Assembly: GCA_001771615.1 (NCBI GenBank)
Contig: MEUF01000053.1
Span: 1 to 43,163 of the forward strand
Length of the DNA: 43,163 bases
Origin: a candidate division WOR-1 bacterium RIFOXYB2_FULL_48_7
Lineage (GTDB): Bacteria; Margulisbacteria; WOR-1; O2-12-FULL-45-9; XYB2-FULL-48-7
Direction of reading: 5' to 3'
Both the position numbers and the translations under genes were made by a program. Positions 36,441 to 43,163 of this stretch are shown in pieces. The notes beneath the pieces are model-generated. The model ran no database searches, was not told the DNA's origin, and saw only the letters and a list, made by a program, of their open reading frames with translations. Position 1 is the first letter of the stretch. Each line of letters starts with the position of its first letter.

Positions 36441-36469
36441 AGTATACAAACCTTGGCTGAAATCGGCAA
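36441..36469 (-). promoter_or_regulatory. promoter TTGCCG-N17-TATACT, 7 nt upstream of the plsC ATG (leaderless geometry)
   Basis: The minus strand reads TTGCCGatttcagccaaggtttgTATACTagtatatATG. Confidence 0.4.
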
Positions 36470-36668
36470 TGAAATATTTCGAAAATAGATTATGGAAATC
36501 AACCCAATAGGCGAATCACACAATTTATACAGTCCGGAGATGTCCGGCCTCAACCGTGGTGACAGGGGTTGTGTTTTTTATAAGGAAGAAAGATGCTGTG
36601 CCCCGCGCCTAAGGTTTGACAAATGCCACACTTGTTACCGTATTCACCCCAAGCACGCAGCCAGATAT

Positions 36669-36830
36669 ATGATGCACAAAGTCAAACAACTGGCTGACAA
36701 ATGGTTTAATGTTGGTGGAGTGATGCCGGGCGGGGAAGCGGGAGGGGCTGGTCCTGGCGCAGCTGGTGGGGGAGTGGGGGGAGCGGCTGGCGGCGGTGGA
36801 GGAGGAGGTGGTGGTGGGGGAGGCGGTTAA
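36669..36830 (+). CDS. possible 53-aa glycine-rich peptide (hypothetical; overlaps the ATPase ORF tail antisense)
   Basis: ATGATG at 36669 gives MMHKVKQLADKWFNVGGVMPGGEAGGAGPGAAGGGVGGAAGGGGGGGGGGGGG, with the stop immediately after a G13 run. 26 of the last 38 residues are Gly, with varied third codon positions. No SD. The promoter is weak (TTGACA at 36617 but a poor -10). Confidence 0.25.
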   Translation: MMHKVKQLADKWFNVGGVMPGGEAGGAGPGAAGGGVGGAAGGGGGGGGGGGGG

Positions 36831-37677
36831 GCCAAAGGTCGAACGATCCGATCCGCCCTCCGGTAGTCTGTCTGGTCAGTTGTTGTGCCATAACCCCCAA
36901 TAAGGTTGATTCAATTAGAAATCTTTTTATCCCCAGGTCTTCCAGTCTGGTTACCGCCGATTGAGCATCTTTGGTATGCAGCGTAGAAAACACTAAATGG
37001 CCGGTCAAGGCCGCCTGGACGCCGATTTGGGCGCTCTCGCTATCACGGATTTCCCCTAGCATAATTATATCGGGATCCTGCCGGAGAATACTTCTTAAAC
37101 AATGAGCAAAAGTTAAGCCAATCGCTGGATTGACCTGAATTTGGTTGATGCCCGGCAATTGATATTCGACAGGATCCTCGACAGTGACAATATTCTTTTC
37201 TTTATTATTTAACTGAGAGAGAGTCGCATAGAGAGTTGTTGTTTTTCCCGAACCGGTGGGCCCGGTGATCAGGATCAGGCCATGTGGCCGGGTAATTAAT
37301 TGCTGATAATCGGCTAAAATTTCCGGGGTCATGCCCAGGGCTTCCAGGGGCATCAGGGCGGAACGCCGATTGAGTAAGCGAATGACAAGTTTTTCGCCAT
37401 GAATCGTTGGGATGGCAGAGATCCTTAAATCAAGATGTTTAAAGGTGGTTCGGCCATCCTGGGGGAGCCGGGTTTCGGCAATGTCTAAATTGGCCAGGAC
37501 TTTGACCCGGGAAATTAAGCTGGCCTGGCGGTTTTTGTGCAGCGGTTTGTCATCTTGCAGTAAGCCGTCGACCCGAAAACGGATTCTGACAAATTCTTCG
37601 CGGGGTTCCAGATGGATATCGGAAGCATTAAGATTGAGCCCCTTATGTAATATCTCGTCAAGCAGATCAGTGGCCAT
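36706..37677 (-). CDS. GspE/PilB-family secretion ATPase core, lacking the N1 domain and the C-terminal ~60-90 aa (possibly truncated or a pseudogene)
   Basis: 323-aa ORF. Motifs ASDIHLEP, RLPQDGR, Walker A GPTGSGKTT, Walker B DPDIIMLGEIRD, and TGHLVFSTLHT. Similarity fades after ...QQLTRQTTGGRIGSFDLW (about nt 36840). The remaining NRLPHHHLLLHRRQPLPPLPHQLRQDQPLPLPRPASLHQH is a read-through of the (GGN)n tract. Confidence 0.6.
   Translation of the reverse strand: MATDLLDEILHKGLNLNASDIHLEPREEFVRIRFRVDGLLQDDKPLHKNRQASLISRVKVLANLDIAETRLPQDGRTTFKHLDLRISAIPTIHGEKLVIRLLNRRSALMPLEALGMTPEILADYQQLITRPHGLILITGPTGSGKTTTLYATLSQLNNKEKNIVTVEDPVEYQLPGINQIQVNPAIGLTFAHCLRSILRQDPDIIMLGEIRDSESAQIGVQAALTGHLVFSTLHTKDAQSAVTRLEDLGIKRFLIESTLLGVMAQQLTRQTTGGRIGSFDLWLNRLPHHHLLLHRRQPLPPLPHQLRQDQPLPLPRPASLHQH
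36714..36827. repeat. G-rich (GGN)n low-complexity tract
   Basis: Reads ggtggagtgatgccgggcggggaagcgggaggggctggtcctggcgcagctggtgggggagtggggggagcggctggcggcggtggaggaggaggtggtggtgggggaggcggt. It contains several G4-G6 runs. Confidence 0.85.
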
Positions 37678-37737
37678 AATCTCTGATTAAGCAATTTTAT
37701 TGCCAAAGCAGAACGGGCTTATTAAGACGAAAACCGG

Positions 37738-38589
37738 TCACTTTACCCGGAGGGCATTCTGGGCGGCTGCGAACATGGTTTCAATTGGTGCTTCTTCGCC
37801 GGTAAAAATTTCAAATGCCTGCGCTCCCTGGCGGACCAGCATGCCCAGCCCGGAGGCGATCTGGCAGCCGGAATCTTTGGCCAGCTGGAGTAGGGCGGTC
37901 TCGGCCGGATTGTAAACCAGGTCATAGACAAAACAATTCTTGTTTAATTTCATTTTTTGGTCGAGCGGCAAAGCCTTGACGTTGGGGTGCATGCCAATTG
38001 GGGTGGCATTTACCAGCAAGTCGGCATTATCCAGCGCTTTTTGCAAGGCGGGGCTATTCATTTCGACTGCAGAGCATTTGATGTCAAGATATGAGCTCAA
38101 ATATTCCGCCAAGGCAGCCGCCTTTGGTTCAATGGTATCGCCAATAGTTAGTGATTTAGCTTTGACTTCTGCCAGAATGGTGGCTACCGCGCGGCTGGCT
38201 CCGCCGGCCCCTAAAATTACCACCCGTTTTCCCCGTGGTTCAAAATTATAATCCTCTCGCAGCGAATCTAGGAAGCCCGGAGCGTCGGTGTTGTAGCCGA
38301 CCAGCTTCCCTTCCTGGTTTTCGACGGTATTTACTGCTCCGATGATCCTGGCCAGTTCGGTTACCTCGTCCAAGATGGCTACGATGGCTTCTTTATGGGG
38401 GACGGTGACGTTGAAGCCGGCGATGTGCATGGCGCGCAAACCATTGACTGCCTCTTTGAGCTCCTTGGGCTCGACCTCAAAAGGGACATATTCAAAGTTA
38501 AGGCCAAGCTGTTTATAGGCAGCGTTATGCATGGCCGGGGAAACGGTATGTCCCAGCGGATAGCCCAATAAACCGACAATTTTTTTCAT
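37738..38589 (-). CDS. aroE: shikimate dehydrogenase
   Basis: 283 aa. Motifs GYPLGHTVSPAMHNAAY, NVTVPHK, NTDAPGF and GAGGASRAV. Confidence 0.92.
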   Translation of the reverse strand: MKKIVGLLGYPLGHTVSPAMHNAAYKQLGLNFEYVPFEVEPKELKEAVNGLRAMHIAGFNVTVPHKEAIVAILDEVTELARIIGAVNTVENQEGKLVGYNTDAPGFLDSLREDYNFEPRGKRVVILGAGGASRAVATILAEVKAKSLTIGDTIEPKAAALAEYLSSYLDIKCSAVEMNSPALQKALDNADLLVNATPIGMHPNVKALPLDQKMKLNKNCFVYDLVYNPAETALLQLAKDSGCQIASGLGMLVRQGAQAFEIFTGEEAPIETMFAAAQNALRVK

Positions 38590-38598
38590 TCTGGAGAT

Positions 38599-38628
38599 AG
38601 TATAGCACCGTTTTTCTTGTCTTGTCAG
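38599..38628 (-). promoter_or_regulatory. promoter CTGACA-N18-(TGc)TATACT, 9 nt upstream of the aroE ATG (leaderless geometry)
   Basis: The minus strand reads CTGACAagacaagaaaaacggTGCTATACTatctccagaATG. Confidence 0.4.
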
Positions 38629-38650
38629 TCATTACTTTTTCGGATATAAT
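38622..38650 (+). promoter_or_regulatory. sigma70-type promoter TTGTCA-N17-TATAAT for the HMGL-purE-apgM operon
   Basis: The plus strand reads TTGTCAgtcattactttttcggaTATAAT, followed by the SD GAGGAGG (38661-38667) and ATG 38679. Confidence 0.5.
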
Positions 38651-38678
38651 TGGAGTTGTTGAGGAGGCAGATCAGCTC

Positions 38679-39920
38679 ATGAAAAAAGGAAAAATATTTT
38701 TTATTGATGTTACCAACCGCGACGGCGTGCAGACCGCCAGGATCGGCTTGTCTAAACTGCAGAAAACACTGATTAACATCTATTTGAATGAAATGGGAAT
38801 ATTTCAGTCAGAGTTTGGTTTTCCTTTTACCCACCACGAAACAAATTACCTTAATGCCAACTTGGAGCTGGCCGCCATGGGCGTGCTGTCGCCAATCCGC
38901 CTGGAAGGCTGGGCCAGGGCAGTTACCGGTGATGTGAAGTTGTCTTTTGAATTGGTCCCCAACATCAAGCATCTTAACCTTTCAATTTCGACCTCCAGTA
39001 TCATGCTTGAAGGCAAATTCATGGGCAAGATGGACGAAAATAGCGTTATTAAATCAATGACTGATGCGGTTGACCTGGCATATAAGCTGGGAGCTGAAAC
39101 GATCGGCGTCAATGCCGAAGATGCCTCCAGGACTGATATGGATTATCTTGTCAAATTTGCCAAGGCGGCCAAGGAGCACGGCGCCAAACGGGTCAGATAT
39201 TGCGACACCTTGGGGGCCGATGATCCGCTAACCATCTACCAGCGGATTAACGAACTGGCCAAGCGGGCGGAGATGCCGGTAGAGCTGCACTGCCACAATG
39301 ATTTGGGTATGGGAGTAGCTTGTTCAGTTGCCGGGGCCAAAGGGGCAGTAGACGCCGGGCAAGATGCCTATATCAACGTAACAATCAATGGCGTCGGCGA
39401 GAGGGCCGGCAATGCCGACCTCTTGTCGGTTATTTTGGCGTTGAAATATGGCAGCGGGTTAAAAAATGAAAATCTTCTGCCGGCAGAGACAAAGTTGGAC
39501 AAAGCCTGGGCTTTTGCCAAATACGCTTCTTATGCTTTTAACATTCCCATCCCGATGAACCAAGTTGGGGTGGGGGCGAATGCTTTTGCGCATGAATCAG
39601 GTATCCATGCCGATGGCGCCCTTAAGAACCGCCGCAACTATGAATTATATGATTATGAAGAGCTGGGCCGGGGTGAGCCGGAGTTTGTTGATACCGGCCG
39701 GATGATTACTGTTGGTGAATACAGCGGGATTAAAGGCTTTCGCAACGTTTATGGCAACTTGGAAGTTGCTTTTAAAGACGATAAAGAAGCTACCAGGATC
39801 CTGGAGCTTGTCCGATATGCCAATGTCCATACCCAAAAACCATTGACCCGCGAAGAATTACTCTTTGTGGCAAAATATCCTGACCAGGCCAAGAAGATTA
39901 TGACCGTTACCCCTCCCTAA
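38679..39920 (+). CDS. HMGL-like family synthase (LeuA/CimA/NifV/Re-citrate-synthase-like), exact substrate unclear
   Basis: I start at ATG 38679 (MKKGKIFFIDVTNRDGVQT...), which has an SD. The ORF-track TTG at 38622 is the -35 box. TIM-barrel motifs: DVTNRDGVQT (variant of DTTLRDGEQ), RYCDTLG, HCHNDLGMGVA, NGVGERAGNA and HESGIHADG. Confidence 0.7.
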   Translation: MKKGKIFFIDVTNRDGVQTARIGLSKLQKTLINIYLNEMGIFQSEFGFPFTHHETNYLNANLELAAMGVLSPIRLEGWARAVTGDVKLSFELVPNIKHLNLSISTSSIMLEGKFMGKMDENSVIKSMTDAVDLAYKLGAETIGVNAEDASRTDMDYLVKFAKAAKEHGAKRVRYCDTLGADDPLTIYQRINELAKRAEMPVELHCHNDLGMGVACSVAGAKGAVDAGQDAYINVTINGVGERAGNADLLSVILALKYGSGLKNENLLPAETKLDKAWAFAKYASYAFNIPIPMNQVGVGANAFAHESGIHADGALKNRRNYELYDYEELGRGEPEFVDTGRMITVGEYSGIKGFRNVYGNLEVAFKDDKEATRILELVRYANVHTQKPLTREELLFVAKYPDQAKKIMTVTPP

Positions 39921-39933
39921 GGAGGCATATTAA

Positions 39934-40398
39934 ATGGCGCAAACCAGAACTCCGAAAATCGGGATCATAATCGGGAGCAAATCGGACCTGCCGATAATTG
40001 AAAAGGCAGAAAAACAACTGCGGGAATTTGCTATTGCCTACGAGATTACCGTCGCTTCAGCCCACCGGATGCCACAAAAAGTCAGTGCCTGGGCAAAAAG
40101 CGCGGAAAACAAATACGACCTGATTATTGCAGCCGCTGGCCTGGCGGCGGCCCTGCCCGGCGTCGTGGCCGGACACACCCACCTGCCGGTTATCGGTATT
40201 CCTATCCATTCTCCCGCCCTGGGGGGGCATGACGCCCTTTTTTCAATTGTCCAAATGCCTCCGGGGGTGCCCGTGGCAACTGTCGCTATTGACGGTGGGC
40301 GAAATGCGGCCGTGCTGGCGGCGCAAATTTTAGCCCTCAAGTATCCGGAACTAAAATCTAAACTGAAAAAATTCAAACTAGCCTTGAGTAAAGGATAG
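39934..40398 (+). CDS. purE: N5-carboxyaminoimidazole ribonucleotide mutase
   Basis: 154 aa. Motifs IGIIIGSKSDLP, ASAHRMP and AAGLAAALPGVVAGHTHLPVIGIP. Confidence 0.93.
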   Translation: MAQTRTPKIGIIIGSKSDLPIIEKAEKQLREFAIAYEITVASAHRMPQKVSAWAKSAENKYDLIIAAAGLAAALPGVVAGHTHLPVIGIPIHSPALGGHDALFSIVQMPPGVPVATVAIDGGRNAAVLAAQILALKYPELKSKLKKFKLALSKG

Positions 40399-40400
40399 TA

Positions 40401-40793
40401 ATGTTAAATATCATCGACATAGTTGTTGGTTTGCTGGTTATCCTCTATCTAGTGAAGAACCTAGGCGGCCCGGCTAAAATAATCAAAAGCCTGGTGATTG
40501 TTATCTTGGTCATGATGATTTTCGGGGTGATTGTCCGCCTGTTAGTTGATGCCCCGCTGCCCGATTCAGCCAAGAAAACCATCAATGATTCATATTTTGT
40601 GCAGCTTTCTCATCTGATGATCCGCTGGGTTTATCCAGCCGTAGAAACTGGCGCACCCAGGGTCAATTCGTTCATCAAAGACCGGATACTTTTCCAGCCG
40701 ACGCCAGAGGTAACCCTTCCGGCGGTTAGCGTTACTTTGCCGGCTAACATGCTGCCGACAATTTCCCTGCCAACCCAAATAAAAGATAAATGA
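40401..40793 (+). CDS. small membrane protein (weakly CvpA-like N-terminus), hypothetical
   Basis: 130 aa. Two predicted TM helices (IIDIVVGLLVILYLV and LVIVILVMMIFGVIVRLLV). Tightly coupled to both neighbours (2-nt gap before, ATGA overlap after). Confidence 0.5.
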   Translation: MLNIIDIVVGLLVILYLVKNLGGPAKIIKSLVIVILVMMIFGVIVRLLVDAPLPDSAKKTINDSYFVQLSHLMIRWVYPAVETGAPRVNSFIKDRILFQPTPEVTLPAVSVTLPANMLPTISLPTQIKDK

Positions 40794-41965
40794 AAAAATA
40801 TATCGTCCTGATTGCTGATGGTATGGCTGACCGGCCGCTCAAGCAATTGGGAGGAAAAACCCCACTTGAGGCAGCCGAGACCCCCAACCTTGATTTTCTG
40901 GCCCAAAACGGGATTTGCGGCTGGACAAACAATACTCCAAAACCATTAGAACCCGGCTCTGATGTGGCGGCCATGAGCATTTTTGGCTACGACCCGCTGA
41001 AGCAATATTCCGGCCGGGGGCCGCTGGAGGCTGCCAGCCTGGGAGTCAAGCTGCGGGCTGGAGAGGTGGCCTTTCGTTGTAATCTGGTAACAATTGACCA
41101 TGGGATAATGAAGGATTTCACCGCTAATCATATCTCTACCGAAGAGGCCAAGCGTATTTTTTATCGACTCAATCAAGTTTGCGGCTCTGATGAAGTTAAG
41201 TTTTATCCAGGACTTAGCTATCGGAATTTGTTGGTGGTAAAATCCAAAGCCCAAAGCCCATTGGCCAAGGTTAGGACAAAGGCGCCGCATGATATTATTG
41301 GCCAGCATATCTCACAATTCCTGCCGCGCGGTGAGGGGAGCGAAGCCTTGTTACAGTTGATGAACCAGGCCGAAGTCCTTTTACAGCAGATGGGGAGCCA
41401 GGCAACCCTGATCTGGCCTTGGGGCCAGGGGGTCTTGCCGGAACTTGAGCCATTCAGAAGGCGTTTTCATAAACGCGGGGCAATTATTACCGCGGTCCAT
41501 TTGCTCAAAGGTCTGGGAAAAATCCTGGGCATGGAGGTAATTAACGTTCCCGGTGCGACCGGATACCTGGATACCAACTATGTCGGCAAGGCCAAATACG
41601 CCATAAAAGCCCTCAAGCACAATGATATCGTTTTTGTGCATATTGAAGCGCCAGACGAAGCCGGCCATGAAGGGAATATCAAACATAAAATTCAGGCGAT
41701 AGAGGATTTTGACCGGCTAGTGCTGGGGACCATTCTGGCACAGCTAAAAAGCGCCAAGGTTGACGTTAAACTGATGGTCTTGCCGGACCATCCGACGCCA
41801 ATTTCCCTAAAAACCCATTCTTCCGACAATGTCCCTTTTGTAATATATCCCTCGCCGCTGGTGGGCCATGGGAGGCGGGTAAACAAATTTTCTGAAAAAG
41901 AGGTTAAAAAATCCCAGCTCAAGAAATTACCTGGCCACAAACTGCTGAAATATTTTCTAGAATAA
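40790..41965 (+). CDS. apgM: cofactor-independent phosphoglycerate mutase, archaeal ApgM-type metalloenzyme family
   Basis: 391 aa. Motifs IVLIADGMADRP, TPNLDFLA, PGSDVA, HIEAPDEAGHEGN and LPDHPTP. Confidence 0.8.
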   Translation: MKKYIVLIADGMADRPLKQLGGKTPLEAAETPNLDFLAQNGICGWTNNTPKPLEPGSDVAAMSIFGYDPLKQYSGRGPLEAASLGVKLRAGEVAFRCNLVTIDHGIMKDFTANHISTEEAKRIFYRLNQVCGSDEVKFYPGLSYRNLLVVKSKAQSPLAKVRTKAPHDIIGQHISQFLPRGEGSEALLQLMNQAEVLLQQMGSQATLIWPWGQGVLPELEPFRRRFHKRGAIITAVHLLKGLGKILGMEVINVPGATGYLDTNYVGKAKYAIKALKHNDIVFVHIEAPDEAGHEGNIKHKIQAIEDFDRLVLGTILAQLKSAKVDVKLMVLPDHPTPISLKTHSSDNVPFVIYPSPLVGHGRRVNKFSEKEVKKSQLKKLPGHKLLKYFLE

Positions 41966-43163
41966 ACCCCTGGTCAAGCGGATCATTCTGGTCTGTTCCT
42001 CCCCATCCCACTCAAAACCATATTGGCCGTAAAACCTGGTTAAGGCAGGTTCATCTTCTGCCAGTAGACCGGCGTTCCTGCTATGTTGGCCGCTTAAATC
42101 CCGCTCAATTGATAACAAGGTTGGCCGAAGTGTTCTGGCGGCACTCATGATCATTGTTTCAAAAAAGCGTCCCGAGCTGGGTGTCCCCCGAAAGTCTCTA
42201 AAAATGTGAATCCCGATGGTGCAGAGCTGGCGGCTTGTTTCTTCGCTGATCGCCATACCATAGCCGACTGGCCAGCCATGTTTTAAAAAGAAATATAAAA
42301 TAATCGGGCCAGGATAATCAGGATAAAAAGGGAAAGTCAGTGTCTGCTCGTGGAGATTGCCCGGTTGTTGAATAACAAAGTGCTCATCTGGATCAAAATT
42401 TAAATAGTTTTGGGTGAAACCAAAATTTATTTTACCGATTATCCGGTTTCTGGCGGTCATAAACATTCGGAAGTGATCGAAAGCGGCTGCAGAATCAGCC
42501 AATTGCTCATCAGTTGCTTGCATGGCCCGGTATTCAGGGGTTAGGCCATGAGCAACAACAAAGAGTGAGGATGTTTCCAGGCCAGCACGCTTTAAGGTTG
42601 TTACTATCTGATGCAAAAAGCCGGCTTGTTGTTGGTCAACGTGCGGCATGGCCTCGATTATCAAACCAAGCTGACCAAACCCCTCAGAAGACAAATAGCG
42701 TTCTGCTGGCCCATCAATTTTGCAGGCTTTGAGAAGTAATTGGACCAGTTTTTTTCTCTGCGGATCAAATTCCGGCCCATAATTGGTATAAGTCATGTCC
42801 CAATTAATAGCGGCTTGCGGGAATAGGCGGAGGCCATAATGTTCAGATGTTAGCGGGGCCCTAAATATTGCTGGTGAATATGGGACCGCCTCCCTAGCCG
42901 CAGCTAAATATCCGGCCATAAGAGCTTCTTGCATGTTGGACAGGGCAGAGCCGAAAAGATCGGCATATTCCAGGACCGCTGTGCGATCGGCCAGGTCAGG
43001 GGTATGAGCAAGATGCCAATAGAGGGTCTGGTTCAAATGATACACATTTTGCAAATCCAAGTGATCAACAACTTCATCAAAACCTTGTTGCAATACTTCC
43101 CGCAGTGCTTCGCCCCTGATTGACCGATTAAGAACTGCCTGACGGTATTGTCTGGAAGCAATT
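41957..43163 (-). CDS. hypothetical protein, N-terminus beyond the window end; possible GNAT-like C-terminal domain
   Basis: The frame stays open from 43093 to the window end (…IASRQYRQAVLNRSIRGEALREVLQQGFDE…), so the ORF-track TTG start is not the true start. The C-terminal ...FRDFRGTPSSGRFFETMI...FYGQYGFEW loosely resembles an acetyltransferase fold. No confident family. Confidence 0.55.
   Translation of the reverse strand, partial: IASRQYRQAVLNRSIRGEALREVLQQGFDEVVDHLDLQNVYHLNQTLYWHLAHTPDLADRTAVLEYADLFGSALSNMQEALMAGYLAAAREAVPYSPAIFRAPLTSEHYGLRLFPQAAINWDMTYTNYGPEFDPQRKKLVQLLLKACKIDGPAERYLSSEGFGQLGLIIEAMPHVDQQQAGFLHQIVTTLKRAGLETSSLFVVAHGLTPEYRAMQATDEQLADSAAAFDHFRMFMTARNRIIGKINFGFTQNYLNFDPDEHFVIQQPGNLHEQTLTFPFYPDYPGPIILYFFLKHGWPVGYGMAISEETSRQLCTIGIHIFRDFRGTPSSGRFFETMIMSAARTLRPTLLSIERDLSGQHSRNAGLLAEDEPALTRFYGQYGFEWDGEEQTRMIRLTRGLF

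Noticed and set aside
36492-36668. The N-terminal part of the 112-aa plus-strand ORF (MEINPIGESHNLYSPEMSGLNRGDRGCVFYKEERCC...).
   Set aside because: It has no motif, promoter or SD. It overlaps the predicted plsC promoter region. Only the distal Gly-rich part (from 36669) shows any coding-like signal, and even that I rate low.
36706-36830. Minus-strand poly-Pro frame through the (GGN)n tract, as a possible Pro-rich C-terminal tail of the ATPase.
   Set aside because: That frame is closed by a TAA immediately upstream (the TTAA at 36827-36830). It is not the frame of the ATPase ORF, so it would need an undocumented frameshift.
1-43163. Alternative genetic code, CRISPR arrays, tRNA/rRNA genes and IS elements.
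   Set aside because: TGA, TAA and TAG all terminate genes at conserved C-termini (for example fabF and smc at TGA). I saw no regularly spaced direct repeats. Intergenic spaces are mostly under 100 nt, too short for RNA genes. No transposase-like ORF is present.

Overview
This is a very densely coded segment using the standard genetic code (TGA, TAA and TAG all close conserved C-termini). It looks like it comes from an uncultivated diderm bacterium, judging by SLH-anchored outer-membrane proteins, a giant beta-barrel protein, and clpC-radA and yceD-rpmF-plsX-fab synteny. I support about 37 protein genes. I recognised no rRNA, tRNA, CRISPR array, transposase or known defence system.

Gene blocks in order:
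- A class-III aminotransferase (cut by the window edge), divergent from a secreted S8 protease.
- One long minus-strand operon: yceD-rpmF-plsX-fabH-[acyl-CoA dehydrogenase-etfB-etfA(ferredoxin fusion)]-fabD-fabG-acpP-fabK-fabF, followed by a 1347-aa outer-membrane protein.
- xerC and a variant M15 peptidase.
- A Ycf48-like propeller lipoprotein.
- metK.
- An unusually short SMC with no hinge domain, translationally coupled to a 911-aa protein made of 16 tandem ~55-aa repeats.
- A four-gene envelope operon: SLH protein, barrel-SLH fusion, Ig-like protein, orphan histidine kinase.
- clpC-radA, plsC, a truncated GspE-like ATPase that runs into a (GGN)n tract, and aroE.
- An HMGL-family synthase, purE, a small membrane protein and apgM, then a partial unknown gene.

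I cannot point to one clear-cut novel system. The candidates most worth a second look are:
1. The Bcd/Etf-type flavoprotein module embedded in the FAS-II operon.
2. The short, hinge-less SMC.
3. The SLH/PorV-like envelope operon with reversed OmpM architecture, coupled to a kinase.
4. The recurrent leaderless promoter geometry at eight operon heads.
5. The G-rich tract with a possible Gly-rich peptide ORF antisense to the ATPase tail.

All family calls come from motif recognition by eye; no database search was run.
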